DNA of 64,000 nucleotides from Orbicella franksi (Eukaryota): NCBI GenBank assembly GCA_964199315.1, contig OZ116699.1, positions 27,280,001 to 27,344,000 of the forward strand, read 5' to 3'. Shown piece by piece: positions 13,838 to 25,400 of this stretch (position 1 is its first letter; each line of letters starts with the position of its first letter). The notes under the pieces were generated by a model. It saw only the letters and a program-made list of their open reading frames with translations, ran no database searches and was not told where the DNA came from. The position numbers and the translations under genes were made by a program.

Positions 13838-14440
13838 TTATTTGAATTTTGTCGTAGTTGGACAAGAAACTATGTTCATGTATGAGCTAAACAGTTTTGT
13901 CAAAAATAATTCCTTTCCATCCACATTCTGAGCAATAATGCGATAACGTGCTGTTGAGCGATAATGCGGCGGCCATGCTGTCAAATTGAGCACCCACTCA
14001 TTTACTTTCAGAAATAGCTCGAGTGTCCATCTTGAAAGCGAAAGGAGTGTCTGAAAGTCCACCAGTCCAGACAAGCAAAACTCCGGCGGATCGATAGAGA
14101 TGCCCAAATTAGGGAATTTGCCACACTGTATGACCGCAACCAGCTGCTGGTGAGCGAGGTCAGGCATATTCCGCTTTTGGAGACGCAAACAATCTCTGAA
14201 ATGTATGGAAATAGACATGTATACTTTAGTGTTAGTTGGTGGCATCCCGCTGCCCCGATGGAGTGCGCGAGGTATATTGATTCTTGGCACAAGAAGAGGC
14301 GGCTTGAACGTCATTTTCAAGGCTGTTTGCCTGTTTTCGGTTAAGATCGTTTCATGATAAGATCTCGAGAGGTACTCCAGGCGAAGAGGAGACGAGGGCG
14401 TGATCAGAGAAAGAGCGAGCTGTGTGTTTACGGACAACAA
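13838..14440 (-). CDS. Unassigned 200-codon ORF (possible exon or pseudogene)
   Basis: The frame is long for this AT-rich DNA and has protein-like composition, but there is no ATG at the called start, no splice model and no recognised family. Confidence 0.25.
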   Translation of the reverse strand: MLSVNTQLALSLITPSSPLRLEYLSRSYHETILTENRQTALKMTFKPPLLVPRINIPRALHRGSGMPPTNTKVYMSISIHFRDCLRLQKRNMPDLAHQQLVAVIQCGKFPNLGISIDPPEFCLSGLVDFQTLLSLSRWTLELFLKVNEWVLNLTAWPPHYRSTARYRIIAQNVDGKELFLTKLFSSYMNIVSCPTTTKFK

Positions 14441-15115
14441 GCGAACCTGGTGTTTAAGTTGTCTTTATTGCTTCTTAATAGCTCCGACTACCGCGCTTTG
14501 ACATTTGCCCCTTTTCCTTCTAATGACATATTAAGTGGCTATTGCTTTGTAGTTCTCTCACAAGTAGTATCTATTTCTTTGTCGTGATTCTATTTACGCT
14601 TTATCGTTTATTTAAGTCTCAACTGGAAAAGATGACGAAAACTAAAACGACAACAGTCTGTGACGTCATCATCGCCGTGTTTGTTGTCCTCATCAAGTGA
14701 TTTTTGGTTTATTTTTTACCGTCTTCTCTTGCATATTCTATCAACATGGCGGACACGTCCCTGTCGATTGAATCTTAAGGATTGGTGGCAACCCATCAAT
14801 GTGGTTGAGATAACTTTCGAACATTTTCCGGTCGGGAAATATCAATACATGTACGCCCCTTTTTGTGTGAAAATCTATCCGATGTCTGACCACAAGTTAG
14901 TACAGCTTGAGAAAAGAACTATTTCATAGCGTTCCCAGGCAAATCTTCTATAAATAGCTAACAACAATATTGTCTTGACGTAATACCTAATTTACACCTC
15001 TAATGAAATTCATATTTCAAGTTGACTTCTTTATTTCTTAAAGTGATACTCTGGTGCCGATGGCGCGCGGTAAACAAACATCATTTTGAAAGGCATCAGA
15101 CCAAGACCTCTTCTT

Positions 15116-15414
15116 CTATGTTCTGTCGCGTCTGTTTGTTTCAAAATGCCCACCAGTCCGGTTAGCAGAGTTATCCGCTTTCCTTGTTCTCTGTTGCAAC
15201 GAACAAACAGCAGTAGAATGTAAGCTGGTGTATGTAGTAGTTGCACAAACAATATTGGTATTTATCACGTGGATGTGTGTGTGTACATGTGTGTGCAGCG
15301 TCTCTATGCAAGCGGTCATGCATGCATAAGGTTAGGACGATTGATTTACGACCACTTTAGCTTGTTTGTCGGGTTTGTCAAATGCATTAAAGTTCGCGTG
15401 ATCTCAGTGCAAAA

Positions 15415-15449
<35 letters not shown>

Positions 15450-16214
15450 ACGAATCGTGTTTTTCAGTTGAGATGAATCCAAATGAATTGAAGCAATCTA
15501 GCACCTGGTGATTTAAGGAGCAAATTTTGAAGACTGACAAGTTGGTAATAGTTGTAGCTTTTCATAAAATTACACTGCTTCTTTGTCTAAAACTCCATTT
15601 GTCCAAAAATGTGCGGAATACTCTTCTGGCGGGCGTGAGAACTTCATTTAAAATGCCCGACATTGTTCAGTTTGGATTATACGTCGGTTGCCAAGGTCAG
15701 TGGAATCTGCGTTGTGTTTGTAAGATTCTGTAGATCCAGCGACTAATCTACTTTAAAACTGTTTACCTTCAACACCCTCTTATGTGAAAAACAAATAAAG
15801 CAAACAAGAATGGAGATTAACGCTAATATCAATTTCTCGACGAAAGATTTTTCTTGCGATTCCACACTCAATGTCTATTAGTAATACTTCCTCGACGTAA
15901 GGCACAGACCTGAGACACAGAAAACTTGACGAAATTATCGAAAGCATAAGTCGAGATACTTCAATTACGTAAACTACTTTCTTACTTAACATCATCCTTT
16001 TTACCCAGTGTTGCAGCCACCTCTCTTTCTTCTGTTTCTTCTCCCTAAAGTTGGACGTGTCATGTTGAGGTGTTGTGGAGACGACTGGTTCTTCGATACG
16101 TTGTCCGGTCAAGACTATGATGATCTTTCTCCCGTCTCCTTGCTCTATCTGCTGGCCAATGGCGATAATCCCCAGTAATGCTTGCAAAAGGACAATCGAT
16201 TTAATGGACTTCAT
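15116..16214 (-). CDS. Small secreted protein 3 (about 82-103 aa, 2 exons; candidate prepropeptide)
   Basis: TATAAA on minus at 16280-16275. ATG 16214; signal MKSIKSIVLLQALLGIIAIGQQIEQGDG. Donor uncertain (exon end 16005, 15986 or 15978). Acceptor before 15190; phase-0 exon 15190-15116 RTRKADNSANRTGGHFETNRRDRT-stop. AATAAA on minus at 15035-15030. Confidence 0.65.
15412..15450. repeat. (AAAT)n microsatellite
   Basis: Run of tandem AAAT units in the intron of secreted protein 3. Confidence 0.9.
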
Positions 16215-19200
16215 GGCACTGCAATATGTTTAGTTTGAGCTTATCTTTAACGTTCGCTGCTGTCAAGCCCCGGCTTTATATTTATCAGCACACTTACCGG
16301 AAATGGTTAACGAAGAATGAAAGCCCGCACTATACTTACAACCATGGCCAATCAGACAAAAAGGATTTTAATTGCTTTACTGTTAATGAGCTTTAATGAG
16401 ATCCGCCTGTTTTCAAGTCTGCTCTAGCCAAGGTGTGGGTACTATGACCCTGTTGCACCGTGTCTTCGCTTCACGTGTCTCCTCGTTTTCCGGGTATGTT
16501 CTGCCTTGGATGCCATTGCGTTTCTAAGGATTCTACGACTCTTCGACTCTTGTTTTGAGCATTGACCTCAACGGGATCAGTTCGTAGTCTTATTTCACAC
16601 TGCTCATCGTAGAAAATATAACCTTGGCTTTATTACACAAGAGACTCAAACATCACAATAAACGGACCGACGTGTCAACACGGTACTCAACGGGAAAACG
16701 AGAATCATACAGGAATTGTGATCATGATTCTTCCAGAATACAAAAAAAGAGCTACAAAAGTATCTCTGACAGACGAAATTCAGAATTAGGCGCTAGAGGA
16801 AAGGATTAAAAACGTCTGCTAAAAAAAAAATCTAAGAGACTGGAAAATCTACGCCTGTTGTCACAGTCGACTGGCACCGCCTTCAGGCACTTTCTTCTTA
16901 AAATGGCAAGTACATCCGATCGGTCAAAGATCTCTGGACAAACTTCCCATAGAAACAAAACAAAAGTCAACCGCAAAAGTCAGCATATTTTTTTATAGGC
17001 TTTGTCCTGACATAACCCCCTTTACGGGCGTTGGAACTTGAAATTAGCTTTCCAGACAGAGTTCTAAGGTAGACCTCGTGACTTAAAAACTCTTCTCAGT
17101 TGTAATCTCCAGTATTTTGTTAAGAACCTTTAATGAGTGGCTCCGCATCCGAAGATACCAAGAGAAGCAGGAGGGTAATTCTGACTCAATTCTCTTTCAC
17201 ATACAATTAGTAATTGCCAAAATTAGTTGAAAATCATTCGAGCGAATGAAAACTAAGTTTATACCAATGATAAAATTTTTGATTTACCAGACAGCCTATT
17301 ATTTCGATCACGTTTGTCTTAATCTTGTTGTGCCATAATAAAAAAGGAGCTTGACCACAAAGTGAGTGACCTTTCAACTGAACGCCCAAGTGCTGTTTTT
17401 AAAGTAAACGTTGTTCACCTGTCCACTGTACATGTCAAATGGAAACCTGCATCGTTACATTCATGAGTTTTTTCCATTATTGAAAAGGTATGGAAAAGAA
17501 AAAAAAAATAGTTCAAAAGTTAGAAAAGATTGTCTCCTCATGAAACTACTACAGCGAACGGAACGTTGATCGCACTGAACTGCACCATGGGGAAACTAGA
17601 TGGTGCCAAGTTCCAAGATGCACAGGAATTTCCTGAACAGTTTTATTACCAATGTGGGTCGGAAAGTCGCTAAGTAACTTTGGGCGATATAACGCGATTT
17701 GGAAGACTTAAAGCGATCTATGAAAAACTGGAGGGAAGTCGTGGTGTTAGGCTACCCAGAAAAGCGACTACTGGCAAATGGGCGACTAAGGCGATTTGAG
17801 GACCTAAAGTAGGCGTACCTGAGCAGCCAAAGTCGTTTCGTTCAATTAAGTTGGTAGGCGTGTGAGACTTCGGGTTTTGGTAATTGATTTCATTAAATGA
17901 TCTTTTTCAATCTTCAATATGGGAACTGAACCCCGAAAGAACGATGAACAATACGTGTGAATATGCAATACATGAGCTAAGATTATGGTTCTACACTAAA
18001 CTGCAATCTACGATTGTCTTTGCATGACCCTCCCTTTACATCATGATGCAAGGGCAACACTACTTATTTCCTTTCATTGTTTGCCAATATTTCAATTTTA
18101 ATTTTTTTAAGAGAATCTTATAACACTATTAATGAAAAGTTTTAGGTAGAGTTAATACGGTGTTCCCAATTAGCCCACATGGGCTAAATACATTGACACT
18201 AAAATAAAGTTCTTACTTACTTACTTACTTACTTACTTGATTACTATTCTACGAAAAACCCATCCATCTACTCAGTTAACCGTTTGAATAAACTGATGAA
18301 GTAGAAACAACTGCCGTAAATATATAGGCTAAGAAAACTGGAAAGAGCGACCAGAAAATGTAGTAGATCTTACAGACAATGAGAGATTAGTGTCTAAATA
18401 CATTGACACTTCAATAAAGCTGTTATTATCTGAAGAAATGGTTGCAAGGGTTATTATGCGGATCTTTCACGAGTCACCCGAGCGATCAGATGTTAGGAAA
18501 GCTTATCAGGCATAAAAAGCCTATAAATTTTACTTGCTGGATAGAAAGCAATTAAAGTGGTGGAAATAAAGTACCGTTAGGAAATCTTATCGGGATTTAA
18601 TTGGTTTCTACACTGCATCCCATGTTTGTGCCATTAGGAGAACACGAAAGCACCCAATAGCATTTTCGTCAATTACTAAACATCTCAGCCCGATTTTTGA
18701 TAGTAGAATCATAGCTACCCTGTAATTATGTATACAGAAAACTATGAACTTGATCATGGCTTCTGCATATTTTCCCCTTCGTTAAATTGTTTCTTCGTCC
18801 TATCGGGTGGAAAGTTAAAATTAGCGATAAAAACCACTTTTAAACAAGATTAAGTACTTAGTGCTGATCACTAGACGGAGATTACTGATTAACGTGGATA
18901 GCGATCAGCTGGTTGACGATCGGAAATATACCCGTAAACTTGCTGATTTTACTCGCTGGATGGAAAGCAACGAAGGGTGGAGATTAAGTGCCACCTTTTA
19001 GCTTTACGAAATCTTCTTTGGAGGGTGTTGTTTCCTAAATTTCTGCATTTTTCCCCTTCATCAAATTGTTTCTTCGTTCCGACCTCAGATGGGAATTTAC
19101 AATTAGGATTAAAAACCGCCTTTAAACAAGATTAGTGCTGGATTAACGCTAATCGGCAACAACCGGGGCCAAATGGCCACCTGAGGAGTTCATCGTGGGC

Positions 19201-19616
19201 AAGAACTGTCTGGAAGAGTTATGGAGAAGAAAAAACAGTCGATGGACGGGAAGTAATCACTAGTCTACATCATAACATTGCTTACAATTGCAAGTTAAAC
19301 AATATTGGCCAACAGACATCTTTCTCGTGGCAGTACATGCAGCAAAGAAATGGTGCTACACCTGATTTCCGAAACTAGTTAAAGAGAGTCAGTATATTAA
19401 ATCACAAATTGAGCTGTGCAATGAAGCAGTCTCTGCTGGAAGCTTCACGAGCTGCAAATGGTCGTCAGTACGTGGACAATGATTGTAGGTGGACAATTTC
19501 ATTGTTTTCATAATGTCCCCCAAAAAACACGGAATTGCTAGAATTTCTTCAGTTCCCTGCGGCCACAGGGCTAAAGGAATCTAACTTTGCGTCTAGATCA
19601 TATTCCTTTAAGTCCT

Positions 19617-20527
19617 TTATAGTCGTACTGTAGGTGTGTACGAGAAAAAAAAAAAAAAATGTATGAAAATAAAATAACCAAAGGACGGATTTCAGGTTAC
19701 TGGTTTTTCCCACCTGAACCAATTCCGCCAACACAGTGCGGCGAGTCAAAGCGATTTTTCCTCGAGGAGGTAAATTCAATTTTATTGTATTGATCTTCTG
19801 ATGAAAGCAACAAGATATTCCTTTCCAAACTTTATAGTGACCGAACAGATGAAGTAAAAAACACACAATAATCAGGTTAATAGTTTTCCCCACCTGTCGT
19901 GTTCTCCAGGTTACAGCGGCAAGTCCAAAGGATTCTTTCTCGTGATTTCATCCCGTCTGTCACTACAGTTGATATGTCTGTGGTTCAAAGAATCCCGCAG
20001 TTCAAGTATGTTAAATTCACTTTAAAACAAGCTCTTTCCGTTGACTATTGAAAAATAGTTGCAATTTTATCGATTGGTGTTGGGTTTGAATGATAATACT
20101 GGTTCTTCTCATTCACATTAGGGCTTAGCCTGCTGCCGCATTTTAATGCCACATAAATTGAAAGAAAACTGAAAGGAGAAGTGGTCGAAAAACCGGTAGG
20201 CAAATATCCACTATTTTCCTGTATTGAATGCCATTCTCCATGGAAAGTTAATTTCATGCTTCGCCGCTCGCACGTATGCTCCCCACACGTGAGCCTACTA
20301 GCAGACTTATTATGAACGTTTCGCTTTTTTTGGTGGATGCAGTTAGCAGGGTTGAGAATATCTACAGACTTAAATCTCCGAGATGAGACTTCATACCACT
20401 CATAGTCGAAATAGTGTACTATGCATTTCAACACTGAGGAATGGACTCGCAAAGTAACTGTAAAAATTGTGCAGACGAAAACATTGTACATTAAATCATT
20501 AGCATTTTCATGGCTGCAACTAGCCAC
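19617..20527 (-). pseudogene. Cys-containing unknown protein, probably pseudogenised, with 3 candidate exons
   Basis: One frame runs 20527-19894 with only two stops (TAG 20047-20045, TGA 19987-19985). It is followed by GT-AG introns of 96 and 86 nt joining exon 19797-19714 (EDQYNKIEFTSSRKNRFDSPHCVGGIGS) and exon 19627-19617 (VRL-stop), all phase 1. Confidence 0.35.
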
Positions 20528-22460
20528 TACTTATCTTGGGTGCCTTTCTTTGCGCGGTTTTCGATTCCCATCAAGTACGACCGTTACTGATAAAATACGT
20601 TCCACCTTTCCTGAGAATGTTCTTTTTTAAGTATTGGCGAGTTATATCTCGTTTTGTTTATGACGCGTACTGGTTTTAAACGATTTTGAAACCTGTCTGA
20701 TCGAAGTCCTCGAGACAGGACAATGTGGCGTGACTTGAAGACTACAAACTAGCATTTTGCACCTGAATGCTGTGAAATCGTTTATAGCAGGATACCAGTT
20801 GGCTACTTTCCTTTAGCCAACGAAGCAACACAGTGAAACACACCCTTTATCAAGCGGAGACGTCTGGTCCTCAGCACCATGTACCTTTCCACAATACAAC
20901 GAACCTCTATTCAGAACACACCTCTAATGAGCAGAGGACACCAAAATGAACAATTTCGGCAATCAGTCTACTGCTATAAACCGGACATCCGACTGAATCA
21001 ATACAAAGCAGTACTGGATTAGGTCTTTACCTAAGGCTGCTCTTTACCATTTCTTGGTCATTTTTAAACTCTTTTGCTTGAATGTCAATACAGTGAATGG
21101 TTACCAGCAAGGATTGCAAGTCAGCGCAGGCCTTTTCACAAATATCACGTAAAATCGCCCACATATCTTTCCAGAAATTGTCAAAATTTTTTCTAAAAAC
21201 CGCCACAAATGTTCTAAATATCTCGAAAAACTCTCCGAATATCTCTTATGTTAGTTTTAAAATGAACAGATGTTGGATCACTTAGACAAAAATTTTCAAC
21301 ATTTTCTTGCAGCAGTAAAAGGAATAGCGGATGACCTCATCTTCGTCTCTTGAGGAAGAGGATTCACGCGCTTCGATGTTGCCAGCATCCGCCATTTTGG
21401 AAAATTGCGGCTTTTGAGCTTTTAGTGATCTAAGCTTACATGTATTGGAATATATGTTTCAAGATAATAATTGAGGAAAAAACACAAGGCTCTGTCGAAA
21501 ATAAGCTATTCATATTTCTAAATATCCCAAAGTTCTCTAAATGTCCTAATATTTTCTTAATATCTCAGAGCCTTCTAAATATCCCAACAAATATCCGGAT
21601 ATCTGTGGAAAGACCTAAGTCAGTGCATACATTCATCAACTGCACAAACAGAAGTACCGTCTGGTCACCGTCTGATCACTCACTGGACTTGAAATACCAA
21701 TAAGAAGCACGACATCACTAGTATGCATTTTACTGAGTACAATTCACAGAGCATTACTCCATTTTTACAACCAGAAATATAAAACAGATCTATTCCTTGC
21801 AATCAGTACAATGCCACCTTCACCAAAGTTGAGATCATCCCTAACAGTTCTCACAGAATCACATGCACTAAGTAGAGCATGTGGCAACTTTCAGGACGTG
21901 TTCACTGCTTTTCACAAAGAACGCAAACACTTTGAGTACTTAAGAAATACCTACTAAAAACGGTACTTGTTTCCCTATGAGCTTTTCTGGAATTGCTTCA
22001 GTTTGCAGATAAATTTCGTTGATAATTCTCTTCAACGCTGGGTAAAGAGCGCTGTGCAGATAGAAGGAAGTGAAGCAGACTAAATGGTGCTTAGATCGAG
22101 ACAATTGCTCTTGGTGAGCATTTTCTAAATTCTACGAAACACTCATTAGCATATGGTATAGGAACTAGTTTAAACGCGATACAGATATAACCTTTCAGAC
22201 TTGTCTTATTCTTCTTCACTAATAGTGAAGGAGAATAAGAGAGGTCCCCCTCTCCCTCTGCCGCTTAGAAAAGACTGACACTCAGTCAGCAGCATTTACG
22301 AAATCATTTACATAAAAAGAAACATTCAGATAACTTGCCACATTTAGTGGAAAATATGTGCTTGAAAGAGACAAAGGAAAGAAAAGTGAAAATAAAAACT
22401 ACGTATCGCCGTTCTAGGAAATGATCGCGGTTTTGTCCGAGACAAAATCTACAGATCAGT

Positions 22461-25400
22461 TTATCCAGCAACTTCCTTCAAACCAGCCGTTTTTCTTGCT
22501 TTGTACAGAAGGGCTCGCAACATAAACTGTTTCCGCGATAATGTCCTTACGTGCTGCAAGAGAAAACAATAACAACAGTGAGACAAACTACCAAAGCATC
22601 AATGGAAATAGACGAAAGAAGCTGTTATGCTGATGTCAGTAAGCCTAGTAGTGTGAGAAATATAATTCACCGCGTTGTACGTGGTGGGACTATGTAGGTC
22701 AGTGCAGTAATGAACGAAATGTAAGTAGCGTATATGACGTAACCACTGAATGTACAGCATTGGAGTAACGTTTTATAACGTAGTGCAAGGTTAATAAAAC
22801 AGAGTAAAGATAAGTTTGTAACAAAGTAATTAATTAAAAGTAAGTTAGATATGCGGAATTGTAATGTAAAGTATTGCAAGCAATGTTACGTACGTTTAAG
22901 TCATGTAAGTAAGTGTTGCGTGTGTTTAAATAAGTGTGTTAATATAATGCGTGTTGCTATTCTGCCATAATTAACTAGAATGTCTCCTACTCAACACACT
23001 ATTTTTTGCAGTTCTTAAAAAAAGTAATTTCTGTGGTGTTCCAGGTATTTGATTTAAACACTATAATCATATATTGATGAGTTACCTTGAGAAAAAGTTC
23101 TAAATCTATTGCCTCTTTTCTTAACGATTCACTGAGATAATAAATGGTATCTTCCACAGCATTTTCTTCTGCAAACAGATTGAGAATTCTGGCGAAACAA
23201 CAGAGGAACAAATCAACATTAAGAGATTGTTTGTTACAACAAGCATGTAATATGTTGAGGAGTCGAGGATGTGCAGGTAATAATATATAAATAGAGGATA
23301 TTACACGGTGGCGAGAAGATATGAATTTTATGTTCGAGTGGCAAGAACAATATCTCACGTGTGAGCGAAGCTCACTCGTGAGATATTGTTCTTGCCACTC
23401 GAACATAAAATTCATATCTTCGAGCCAACGTGTAATGTTCTTTTTATTATATGGAGAAACCAATTCAACAAAAGCAAAAGGCGGGAATCGTGACTTCATT
23501 GAACGATACGACACTCACAAAGGTGACATACGGAAAATACGCCACTCGGGTCCCTGATGAAGTGGCGTATGGAATCTACGAGTGGTTTAGTTGCCAGTAA
23601 AACACTATTCTCCATATAATAATGCTTGATATATTCACCATCCACGAGTGTATCATGACCTTGGAACGGGACCAGTTCCCAGTTGGTTTGTTACACACAT
23701 ATATAGTTTAACTCAGTTGGTATCTAACACTGCTCCGGTATCGAACAGGCTGAGTTCGAGTTCCCATCAAGCCTAAATCTTTTTCAGGCATTCATTTTGC
23801 GTACATAACTGGCGTTCTCTCATGTTTCTAAGTGATTCCAGTTTTACTTGTGAAAGAGTAACAACACCCCTGGCCAGGCTCATAAACTTGCAATTCACGT
23901 CAATTAAAGGACAGTCACCACTAAAAAAATTACATGCTATCAATCAATGGCAGTGCCTTTGAATGGTCATAACTCTGATACCTCATCCAAGTGCAGTCAA
24001 GAAGAAATCATATTTCTACATCTGGATGCAGCGCTCTGCAAGATGTCGGACGAATTATCTTGGCTTTACCTCATGTGCCGGGCACAGACGAGATAAAGTA
24101 ATAGAAACAAGAAACTAGAAATAATACTACACCAAAATACAACGACTCACAAACAATTGCACAACAATACATGATCTCATTTGTGTCCGTCACCTGCGTA
24201 AGGAGCCACCATCCTGAACGCACTTCTAAATACAGCAAATTACATGTATATAAATATCACAGACACAGGACATGTATGTACAGGTGACCGACAGCAAGGA
24301 CATGTTAATCAAACAAAGGCATCGTGACCATTCGTTAAATTATTGATTACACTTACTGATTGTAGAGAGGGGCGGTGGTCACCACAGCTTCATCAATATT
24401 AAGGTTATCAGAATTGGCTTCTAACTTGGTCACCACCTCAGAAATCTCTTCATTTTTTTGCGTTAACAGCTTGATATCATTGTCCACATCAGCCTGAGGA
24501 AAAAAGAGCATTGTAGAAAAATAAATGAATAAAAAAGAAAAGTAAAAAAAAGAAAAAAAGTAAAGAAAAATAAATGAATAAAAAAAATACAGTGAAATGT
24601 TGCATACGGTGTACTGTAAGTGTCCATCCATTTTGTGGGTCCCTTAGTGGGGTGTGAGAGACACATTATTTTCCCCTAATGGTATCCCCTGAAAGTGTGG
24701 GTTGGAGCCCTGGCCAAGGACGTTGTGGTCTATTCATACACAAGACATAAAGTGCTAAAATGTGTAGTGGGAGTCTGTCTGGGCAACTTAACAAAATGTT
24801 TGAGTAACCATTGATGGACTTACATCCCAGCCAGGGAAGCAGAAATTTGTCCACTACGGCCTTACCTGAACGAGAAGACTTTTTTAAAATTTATGCGACA
24901 TGTTCTCCTCATAATATGGTGGTAAACAGGGAAATTTAGGACCATTTGGAATTGTTTGATAACAGTGGTGGTCACTAAAGTATGTTTGTCTCTGGTAATC
25001 TTGCATCATAGGCTGGCAAGGCATGCAGAGAAATTAATGACTGTCTCATTTAATAATTTAGATTGCTGCTCAAGGCAAGTGAGCTTTTGAGTTATGCAAG
25101 TATTCTAATCCCAAGAGAAGAGTTCCAAGGATGCTTCAAGCTGTTAAAATATTTTAATTTACCTCTTTGAATTCTGTTGAGTCATTTACCTGTTCTCTTT
25201 CAAGTTTCTGAAGAATATCCTGTAGCTTTTCACTTCCTTGTTTTAACTCGTGTTGTGTTCTGTTCAGCTCATCTAGTTCAATCTGTCAAAGAAATGGCAA
25301 GGAAGATATCTAGGGGTTATTTACTACCTACTGTCTGTTAAACTGTCTCAGAGCAACACATAACACAACAAAGTCTAGTGCGGTGATGAGGTTAACAAAA

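Noticed and set aside
21170-21620. CRISPR-like or satellite array from repeated CTAAATATC motifs
   Set aside because: Spacing is irregular and units are short and degenerate in a eukaryotic context; better explained as subterminal repeats of a decayed element.
22999-23557. ORFs 22999-23514 (minus) and 23321-23557 (plus) as separate genes
   Set aside because: Explained by TSG101 exon 9 plus a palindromic repeat that gives the same peptide on both strands.
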